Assembly: GCA_025358765.1 (NCBI GenBank)
Contig: JANYIG010000165.1
Span: 6,024-70,023 of the forward strand
Direction of reading: 5' to 3'
Source: Candidatus Kapaibacterium sp.
Lineage (GTDB): Bacteria; Bacteroidota; Ignavibacteria; Kapaibacteriales; UBA4661
DNA length: 64,000 bases
The translations under genes and the position numbers were made by a program. The notes beneath the pieces were generated by a model, which searched no databases, was not told the origin of the DNA, and saw only the letters and a program-made list of their open reading frames with translations. This document shows positions 56,909-64,000 of this stretch, piece after piece. Within the stretch, counting starts at the first letter, position 1. Every line of letters starts with the position of its first letter.

Positions 56909-58291
56909 TTAATGCGTAGTTATCTCGTATTTCTCCAACATTCGGTAAAACGTCGCTCGCCCAATATTCAGTCGCTGTGCGGCTTCTTGGATATTCCCTT
57001 CAGTCACTTCCAGCGCGTGACGGATAGCGTGTTCTTTGATTTTATCCATCGGCAGGATGTCGCCGTTCGAGCGGAAAAGCGCAATTCTATCGCTCTCAGT
57101 ATTACCAGAGCCTGCGGTTTCAGATACGTCATCGGAAAGTTGCAGTTCTTGTTCGGAGATTAGGTCATCCTCGCTCAAAATTACGGCGCGTTCAATGGTG
57201 TGTTCGAGTTCACGAACATTACCGGGCCAATTATAATCATACATAACTTTCAGCGCTTTCCGCGCAAAGCCTTTGATGGAACGTTGATACTGTTCTGAAA
57301 AACGCTCCAAAAAATATTTTGCCAGCACTGGAATATCTTCGCGACGCTCGCGCAGGGGCGGCAATTTGATAGGAAACGATGCCAAACGATAATACAAATC
57401 CTCGCGGAATGCGCCTTGCTTGATGGCTTCGTGCAAGTTACGATGCGTTGCCGAGATGATACGGACATCTACATGCAACAATTCGTTGCCGCCCACACGC
57501 TCGAACTGCTTGGTTTGCAACACACGCAACAATTTCACTTGCAAGCTCATGTCCAACTCTCCGATTTCATCCAGAAACAGTGTTCCGCCGTTTGCTTGCT
57601 CAAATTTTCCGATTTTTCGTTGCACCGCTCCTGTGAACGAGCCGCGTTCGTGACCAAAAATTTCGCTTTCTAACAAATCGTGAGGAATAGAGCCGCAATT
57701 GAGCGCTACGAACGGACCATTTTTGCGACGGTCGCCTTCGTGCAATGCCAGTGCGATCAGTTCCTTTCCCGTTCCCGTCTCACCTTGAATCAGCACGGCA
57801 ATATCCGTATTCTGCACCTTGCGGATGAGCTTGAATACGCTTTGCATTGTGTCGCTCGTGGAGATGATGTTTGCAAACTTAATCTGTTCGGTTGTTGCTT
57901 CGGAGAGCTTTTTGACCTCGCTACTAAGCGCAAAGACCTGGAGGGCGTTGCGGACGGTAATTTCAAGTTTGTTGATATCGAGCGGCTTTTGGAGATAGTC
58001 GAATGCGCCGAGTTTGATGGTTTGCACCGCAACGTCAATTCTGCCTTGCCCCGAAAGCATAATTACGGGCGTATCAGGATACATTCTTTTGCATTCCTGA
58101 AGCGCTTCCACGCCATCCATGCCGGGCAGCATGATGTCCAGCAACACAAGTTCTGGAGCGCCGTTGGGCAGCGCTTGAACAAAATCATCGCCCCGCGAAA
58201 ACACGCGCACCTTGTAGCCCCACGACGTAAGGTTGTGCTCCAACAATAGCTGCAAATGCGATTCGTCTTCGACAACGTAAATGGTGTGCAT
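56909..58291 (-). CDS. sigma54-dependent response regulator (NtrC/AtoC family)
   Basis: REC (VEDE, LLDIMLP), Walker A GETGTGKE, GSFTGA, Walker B FLDEIG, and a Fis-type HTH. Confidence 0.95.
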   Translation of the reverse strand: MHTIYVVEDESHLQLLLEHNLTSWGYKVRVFSRGDDFVQALPNGAPELVLLDIMLPGMDGVEALQECKRMYPDTPVIMLSGQGRIDVAVQTIKLGAFDYLQKPLDINKLEITVRNALQVFALSSEVKKLSEATTEQIKFANIISTSDTMQSVFKLIRKVQNTDIAVLIQGETGTGKELIALALHEGDRRKNGPFVALNCGSIPHDLLESEIFGHERGSFTGAVQRKIGKFEQANGGTLFLDEIGELDMSLQVKLLRVLQTKQFERVGGNELLHVDVRIISATHRNLHEAIKQGAFREDLYYRLASFPIKLPPLRERREDIPVLAKYFLERFSEQYQRSIKGFARKALKVMYDYNWPGNVRELEHTIERAVILSEDDLISEQELQLSDDVSETAGSGNTESDRIALFRSNGDILPMDKIKEHAIRHALEVTEGNIQEAAQRLNIGRATFYRMLEKYEITTH

Positions 58292-58413
58292 AGAAGGATT
58301 GGTCAAATGTTGAATCAAATGTCAGAACCAGAGACAGTTAAATTGCATTGTGCAATTTACGGAATTTGTCTGATACTTATCATTTCTCTCGATATCTATC
58401 GGCAAGCTTCCTA

Positions 58414-58573
58414 TTTAAGTTTAGATAACCTTGGCTACCCTCAAGCGCATCACCCCTCTGCAAGCCGCCACGAAGACGTGTTGCGTCTTGCTTCTCCCCT
58501 TACAAGGGGAGATTGAGTGGGGTTCTTGCGCGTAAGGTTTGATGCGGTTTTCAAGAATTTATCTAAACTTCAA
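58414..58573 (-). mobile_element. 160-bp MITE-like element, family B, copy 2
   Basis: Reverse complement of 16368-16527 with 4 substitutions by manual comparison. Flanked by a 6-bp direct repeat TTCCTA (58408-58413, 58574-58579). Confidence 0.85.
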
Positions 58574-58684
58574 TTCCTAAAAAATAGACAAAAAATCATA
58601 TTTTTTGGGTAATCGGTTTTAGGAAATCAAATCACTTCTTTGGTATCTTTTTCATGCGATTCCCCTATTGCTCCGAGAATCACG

Positions 58685-58716
58685 TTTGAAAAATAATCGG
58701 AAATATTGTATATTTG
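58685..58716 (+). promoter_or_regulatory. Bacteroidota-type -33/-7 promoter of the yceD-rpmF-plsX-fab operon
   Basis: TTTG (58685-58688), a 20-nt spacer, then TATATTTG (58709-58716). Confidence 0.6.
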
Positions 58717-58770
58717 AAATCTTTGCTGTGTGCAATCATTATGTACAACCAAACCGCGTTGTGACAATAT

Positions 58771-59298
58771 ATGCTTAAGTTCTCTATCAAAGGGTTAGCG
58801 GACGGAACTCATGCTATTCAAGCCACCGCAGAATGTCGCATGATTGCTGATATGTTCCCGGAATTTTTCGGGAGTATTCATGTTCGTGGCGAAGTACGAA
58901 AATTGGGCAAACGATATGTTGTTACGGGCGCTGCGGAATGTGATGCTCAGATGATGTGCGACTTGAGTGGTGAGGACTTTGTGGAGCGTATTCGTGCGGA
59001 ATTGGTGCTAAGTTATGTTGCCAATACACATTTGTTTCTTGAGCAACAGGGCGTTGCTGAACCTGTGCAGCCCTATTACATCCGCGAAGATGACACGGAG
59101 ATTGATTTGACCGAAGAAGTTCGCCAAGAATTAGGGGTAAATCTACCTCTGAAGCGCGTTGTACCCCAGTACCGTGACCGCGAGTTTGCAGAGTTATTCC
59201 CCGATATCGCGGCGGATACTCCAGAAAAAACGGACAATGAAACAGAGCATCCAATTGACGAACGCTGGGCGGCGTTAAAAAATATTTCGCTCAGTTGA
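58771..59298 (+). CDS. yceD: YceD/DUF177 family protein
   Basis: CDLSG, IDL..EVRQEL.VNLP, DERWAALK; immediately upstream of rpmF. Confidence 0.88.
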   Translation: MLKFSIKGLADGTHAIQATAECRMIADMFPEFFGSIHVRGEVRKLGKRYVVTGAAECDAQMMCDLSGEDFVERIRAELVLSYVANTHLFLEQQGVAEPVQPYYIREDDTEIDLTEEVRQELGVNLPLKRVVPQYRDREFAELFPDIAADTPEKTDNETEHPIDERWAALKNISLS

Positions 59299-59368
59299 AT
59301 ACCAAACAAATAGCGCACAATCATCAAGATATAAAACACACTTTTATCATTTTTTTCAGGATACTACG

Positions 59369-59563
59369 ATGCCAAATCCAAAACGCAGACACTCAAAATC
59401 CCGCAGCGCAAAGCGCCGCACACACTACAAAGCAGTGCCGTCAACAGTTGTTGCGTGTCCGAATTGCAGTGAATCAAAACTTGCTCATGCTGCTTGCCCG
59501 TCGTGCGGGTACTACAACGGCAGACGTATTGTGAGCGTCAAAGAAGGTTCCAGCGAAGCGTAA
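59369..59563 (+). CDS. rpmF: 50S ribosomal protein L32
   Basis: MPNPKRRHSKSRSAKRR with zinc ribbon CPNC...CPSCGYY. Confidence 0.96.
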   Translation: MPNPKRRHSKSRSAKRRTHYKAVPSTVVACPNCSESKLAHAACPSCGYYNGRRIVSVKEGSSEA

Positions 59564-59636
59564 GAAGAACAATCTTCACCGTAAAGTATTTCTCTCGAAC
59601 CATAATTCCTTCTTCCCTCACTTTCTCCAAAGGGGC

Positions 59637-60731
59637 GTGGGCTTGGCTACTGAGGTAATTACGACCAATCAGACATCGAATGTCATCCGGATTGCGCTGG
59701 ATGCAATGGGCGGCGATTTTGCTCCACAGAACGAAGTTCAGGGTGCAATCGCTGCCTTGAAGCATTTCCGCCACGTGGGTGCGAATGTCGAGATTGTGTT
59801 TGTAGGCAAAGAGAAAGACATTCGTTCGGCTCTCGCGCAGCAGGACACGGGACAAGAATCATCCGGCGTAAATTACTCCATTGTTCATGCCGATGAGGTC
59901 GTGACGATGGATGATGACCCAACGCAAGCATTCCGAAAAAAGCGTAATTCATCGTTGTTTCAGGGTATTCAGCAACATGCAAACGGGTATGTGAATGCGT
60001 TTGTATCGGCGGGAAATACAGGCGCTGTTATGTCCACGGCAACACTTGTATTGGGGCGTATTAAAGGCGTGAGCCGTCCGACGATTGGTACGTTTTTGCC
60101 CACAACAGGCAAACTCCCTGTTTTGCTCGTGGATGCTGGCGCAAACGTGGATTCCAAAGCGAAACATTTGTACGAATTTGGCGTGATGGGAAGCATTTAT
60201 TGTCGTCAGATTCTAAACGTGGAGCATCCGCGCGTGGGTTTGCTCAACGTGGGCGAGGAGCCAACCAAAGGAACAGAAGTTGCACTGCAAGCACACGAAT
60301 TGCTTTCCAATGGCGTACTGAATTTTGTGGGCAATGTCGAAGGACGCGATATTCTCATAGGCGCGGCTGATGTGGTCGTGTGCGACGGTTTTGTGGGAAA
60401 TATCGTGCTGAAATTTGCCGAAAGTTTTCTGGGTTTCCTCAAAACCCGCTTCCGCGCGTTTGCCGACAAAAGCCTACTCAACAAGCTCCTTATGGCAGCC
60501 ATGAAACCCGTTCTCAGCAAAGCACTCAAGGATATGGATTATCAAGAATATGGTGGTGTGCCGCTTCTTGGCGTTAATGGTGTCGTGATTATCGGTCACG
60601 GTAAATCTACACCCCTTGCCATCAAAAATATGATTCTTCGCGCCGAAGAAGTTGTTCGCAAAGAAGTGAACAAAAGCATCGAAAACGCGCTGAATCCTCC
60701 AACAATTTCTACCAAAGAACCCCAATCGTAA
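59637..60731 (+). CDS. plsX: Phosphate acyltransferase
   Basis: IALDAMGGDFAP, SAGNTGA, DAGAN, VCDGFVGN, GHG. Confidence 0.96.
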   Translation: MGLATEVITTNQTSNVIRIALDAMGGDFAPQNEVQGAIAALKHFRHVGANVEIVFVGKEKDIRSALAQQDTGQESSGVNYSIVHADEVVTMDDDPTQAFRKKRNSSLFQGIQQHANGYVNAFVSAGNTGAVMSTATLVLGRIKGVSRPTIGTFLPTTGKLPVLLVDAGANVDSKAKHLYEFGVMGSIYCRQILNVEHPRVGLLNVGEEPTKGTEVALQAHELLSNGVLNFVGNVEGRDILIGAADVVVCDGFVGNIVLKFAESFLGFLKTRFRAFADKSLLNKLLMAAMKPVLSKALKDMDYQEYGGVPLLGVNGVVIIGHGKSTPLAIKNMILRAEEVVRKEVNKSIENALNPPTISTKEPQS

Positions 60732-61729
60732 TGGCTACAAGACGTGCTGTTATCACGGCAGTATCGCACTACGCGCCGCCGGATGTTTACACTAATGCTC
60801 ACTTCGAGAGCTACATGGATACAACCGATGAGTGGATTCAAACGCGGACAGGCATCAAAGAACGCCGTTTTGCCAAAGCTGATGTTGCAACATCCGACCT
60901 TGCTTTGCCCGCAGCGCAAGATTGTATCGCCCAGCGCGGCATAGATAAAAGTGAGATTGGATGCATCATTTTCGCTACCGTCACGCCTGATTATATGTTT
61001 CCCGCCACTGCTTGTGTGCTTCAGCATAAACTTGGGATTCCTAACGCGTGGGGATTTGACCTTAGTGCAGCGTGTTCTGGGTTTCTTTATGCCTTAGAAA
61101 CGGCACGGCGCATTGTCGAATCTGATGGTGCGAAATTCGTTCTCGTGTGCGGTGCGGACAAAATGACCACAATTATCAACCCCAACGAACGCGCTACGGC
61201 TATTCTTTTTGGCGATGCTGGTGCGGCGGTGTTGGTGGAAGGCGTGGAAAATACGGATGTCGGAATCATTGATTCTGTCCTTCAAGTAGATGGGGCAGGC
61301 GGACAAGCACTCTACATGCCCGCAGGCGGAAGTGTCATGCCGCCGAGCCACGAAACAGTCGAAAAAAACCTCCATTACGCGCACCAAGACGGACAAGCTG
61401 TTTTTAAATCTGCCGTTACTCGTATGTCAGAAGTCTGCGCCCAAATTATGGAACGCAACAACCTTACGGGTGATGATATTCGCTGGCTTGCGCCACATCA
61501 AGCGAATTTGCGGATCATCGGCGCAACGGCGCAACGCATGGGTATTGACATCAGCAAAGTGATGATTAACATTGAACGCTACGGCAACACGACGGCAGCA
61601 ACGATTCCGATGTGCTTGTCCGAGTGGCAAAAAGCTGGCAAAATCAACTATGGCGACAATGTGATTCTGGCAGCGTTTGGTGGCGGCTTCACGTGGGGCA
61701 GTATGTATATGAAATGGGGCATAAAGTAA
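60731..61729 (+). CDS. fabH: 3-oxoacyl-ACP synthase III
   Basis: AACSGF, PHQANLRII, GNT, FGGGFTWG. Confidence 0.96.
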   Translation: MATRRAVITAVSHYAPPDVYTNAHFESYMDTTDEWIQTRTGIKERRFAKADVATSDLALPAAQDCIAQRGIDKSEIGCIIFATVTPDYMFPATACVLQHKLGIPNAWGFDLSAACSGFLYALETARRIVESDGAKFVLVCGADKMTTIINPNERATAILFGDAGAAVLVEGVENTDVGIIDSVLQVDGAGGQALYMPAGGSVMPPSHETVEKNLHYAHQDGQAVFKSAVTRMSEVCAQIMERNNLTGDDIRWLAPHQANLRIIGATAQRMGIDISKVMINIERYGNTTAATIPMCLSEWQKAGKINYGDNVILAAFGGGFTWGSMYMKWGIK

Positions 61730-61753
61730 AATAACGTCGAGGCTACGAAAATT

Positions 61754-62674
61754 ATGACAGCACTTCTTTTTTCCGGTCAAGGTTCGCAATACGTCGGCAT
61801 GGCAAAAGACCTTGCACGGGAGTTCCCGCAAGCAAGCGCAATGCTTCAAAATGCTGATGCAATCATGGGTTTCAGCCTTAGTACGATTTGCTTCGAGGGT
61901 CCGGCAGAAACACTCAAAGAAACACGCTACACACAACCTGCACTTTTTGTTCACGAGGCAATTTTGGCAACGTTGTTGCACGACAGATTACCATTTCATG
62001 CGGTTGCTGGGCATTCACTCGGTGAATATTCAGCGTTGTTTGCCGCCGGTGTGTTGGACTTTGAAACGGCACTCACACTCGTGAAATTACGTGGCGAACT
62101 CATGTTCCGCGCAGGCGAAAAACAGCCCGGCACGATGGCGGCGGTTGTTGGTTTGGCAGACGAGAAAGTGCAAGAAGTTTGTGAATCGCTCAACAAACCT
62201 GACAGCGCCGATGAAATCATCGTTGCAGCAAATTTTAATTCGCCCGGACAGGTTGTTATTTCTGGCAGTGCCGACTATCTTCGTGCGAACATGGCTGCGT
62301 TCAAACAAGCTGGCGCAAAGATGGTGAAAGAGCTTCCCGTGAGTGGCGCGTTTCATTCGCCGCTCATGGCAAGCGCAAAGGATGAACTCGAAAAAGCGAT
62401 ATACCAAGCAACGGTGAGCGATACAATGGTGGACGTGTATGCAAACGCTCTTGCAAAGCCGCTCCGCAAGGCAGATGACATTCGCGCTGCACTCGTGCAA
62501 CAGCTCGTAGCACCTGTTTTGTGGACGCAAAGCCTTGTTGCCATGCGCGAGGCGGGCATTACAACGTTCTACGAAATGGGTCCGGGAAACGTGCTGCAAG
62601 GGTTGGTCAAGCGCACGGTTGAAGGCGCGACGATTGGTGGTTTTGATACGGCGGAGCAGGTGAAGGCATTATAA
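61754..62674 (+). CDS. fabD: Malonyl-CoA:ACP transacylase
   Basis: GQGSQ, TQPAL, GHSLGEY, SGAFHS. Confidence 0.96.
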   Translation: MTALLFSGQGSQYVGMAKDLAREFPQASAMLQNADAIMGFSLSTICFEGPAETLKETRYTQPALFVHEAILATLLHDRLPFHAVAGHSLGEYSALFAAGVLDFETALTLVKLRGELMFRAGEKQPGTMAAVVGLADEKVQEVCESLNKPDSADEIIVAANFNSPGQVVISGSADYLRANMAAFKQAGAKMVKELPVSGAFHSPLMASAKDELEKAIYQATVSDTMVDVYANALAKPLRKADDIRAALVQQLVAPVLWTQSLVAMREAGITTFYEMGPGNVLQGLVKRTVEGATIGGFDTAEQVKAL

Positions 62675-62699
62675 ACCCTCCATTAACAAGCTGAATTTA

Positions 62700-63350
62700 A
62701 TGAATATCTTCTATCGTTGGTTAATACTTTTTACCCTTTTATTACCTCAAGTTGTATTTTCTCAAGTACCTCCAGATAGCCTTGGTCGTTCTGGCAATAT
62801 GGGTTTAGGAATTGTCTTAACGGGTGGGAGTACACTTATCCCAACTGCAATAGGTGGTGGGATTGTAGGTAAATATTGGTTGGGTAACCAAGATGCTTTT
62901 GTGGGCGGATTGATTTTTGATTTGATGGAAAGTTCGGAAAACAATGAAAAACAAGGTGTTGCTACTTCTGATAGTTCCTCAAAATCATCAGTTGGTATCA
63001 CCTTTATTGGGCGCTGGGAAAAACATTTCGCAATTAGTAAAACTGTATCACCATACCTCACACCTGGATTAGCATACAGTTTCTCCAAAGTGACGACAAC
63101 CTCGATAACTCAAAACATCAAAACAATAGAAGATGGATTGAGCATTGCAGCGACTTGTGGGATAGGCATTGAATATTTTTTTACCCCTTTGCTATCAATC
63201 GCTATCCAATCTGGTATATACGGCAGGTATTCAAGTATCCAGACATCAAGCAATAAGATTAACGACCCCGCAAAATCAAGTCTTAACAGAAAAACTTCAT
63301 GGACGCTCGGTATTAGTTCGGCAGCTATAGCTCTAACGATATATTTTTGA
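62700..63350 (+). CDS. Small outer-membrane beta-barrel protein
   Basis: Signal peptide, alternating beta-strands, GIEYFF, C-terminal YF; visibly AT-richer than its neighbours. Confidence 0.7.
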   Translation: MNIFYRWLILFTLLLPQVVFSQVPPDSLGRSGNMGLGIVLTGGSTLIPTAIGGGIVGKYWLGNQDAFVGGLIFDLMESSENNEKQGVATSDSSSKSSVGITFIGRWEKHFAISKTVSPYLTPGLAYSFSKVTTTSITQNIKTIEDGLSIAATCGIGIEYFFTPLLSIAIQSGIYGRYSSIQTSSNKINDPAKSSLNRKTSWTLGISSAAIALTIYF

Positions 63351-63422
63351 TTCGCTGGTTATGATAAAAACATTATGCCAATTTAGCGAACCCTATCTTG
63401 CAGAGACCAAAACGATGCTCCA

Positions 63423-63752
63423 ATGGCTGAAAACATTGCTTTAAGCGTTCCTCCGACCGTACGAACATATCTGCGAGCGGTACGACAGAAATTTCCGATA
63501 AAGAAAGCATACCTTTTTGGTTCATATGCAAAGGGAACGGCGAGAGAAGAAAGTGATATTGACCTTGCTATTATTTCGTCCGCGTTCGTGGGCAATCATT
63601 TTCAGGACGACGTACAATTAGGTTTAGTAAAATTAGATATTGACCTTCGGATTGAGCCAGTAGGGTTCCGCCCCGAAGACTTCACTGAAGAAAATATGCT
63701 TGCCGAAGAAATCCTTCGCACGGGCATTGAAATTTCGTTAGAAGATGTATAA
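63423..63752 (+). CDS. Minimal nucleotidyltransferase (MNT) domain protein
   Basis: YLFGSYAKG...SDIDLAI (GS-x10-DxD). Confidence 0.88.
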   Translation: MAENIALSVPPTVRTYLRAVRQKFPIKKAYLFGSYAKGTAREESDIDLAIISSAFVGNHFQDDVQLGLVKLDIDLRIEPVGFRPEDFTEENMLAEEILRTGIEISLEDV

Positions 63753-63796
63753 CATCAGTTGCAAAGCGTTCACATCAACAATCTCAACTAATTGGT

Positions 63797-64000
63797 ATGA
63801 CAAAACTTTCAGGCAAAACAGCCCTCGTCACGGGCGGCTCGCGGGGCATTGGCGAGGCGATTGTACGCCGCTTGGTGGCGGACGGAGCAACGGTGTTTTT
63901 TACGTACAACTCCGGTGCAGACAAAGCACAGGCGCTTGTGCAGGAGCTTTCTGCAAATAGTGCTTCAAGCAGTACGGTTGTTGCATTGCAGGCGAACGTT
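63797..64000 (+). CDS. fabG: 3-oxoacyl-ACP reductase, N-terminal part (runs off the window; absent from the ORF track)
   Basis: Translates MTKLSGKTALVTGGSRGIGEAIVRRL (SDR TGxxxGxG motif) in fab operon context. Confidence 0.82.
   Translation, partial: MTKLSGKTALVTGGSRGIGEAIVRRLVADGATVFFTYNSGADKAQALVQELSANSASSSTVVALQANV

Noticed and set aside
1..64000. tRNA, rRNA, CRISPR arrays, transposase genes
   Set aside because: None recognised by eye; tRNAscan-SE, barrnap, a CRISPR finder and ISEScan would confirm.

Overview
Chromosomal window from a Bacteroidota-Chlorobiota-group bacterium. Several T9SS C-terminal sorting domains and TAnnTTTG promoter boxes support this; a Kapabacteria/Ignavibacteria-like lineage is my inference. 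Housekeeping genes are uvrC, proB, pcrA/uvrD, tsaD, pruA, ppc, ftsQAZ, xerC and yceD-rpmF-plsX-fabH-fabD-(2 extra genes)-fabG. Also present are a TolC/MacAB-type efflux operon, two-component genes, a Type IIG restriction-modification fusion, a HicB/HicA-like pair and two families of small non-autonomous TIR elements. The most striking unexplained signal is the ~540-nt region between xerC and a Gfo/Idh/MocA gene (about 49800-50341). It lies behind a minus-strand sigma54-type promoter with enhancer-like palindromes, holds a perfect 15-bp long-range helix, and carries 17 strand-specific CACC motifs, many in hairpin loops. This architecture suggests a CsrB/CrcZ-like protein-sponge RNA with an unfamiliar motif. 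Other candidates are an ECF sigma factor paired with an anti-sigma-like/TonB-C/T9SS-CTD fusion, and a cytochrome lipoprotein + Cyc2-like cytochrome-porin + Tat Rieske module. All calls come from reading motifs by eye; no database searches were run.
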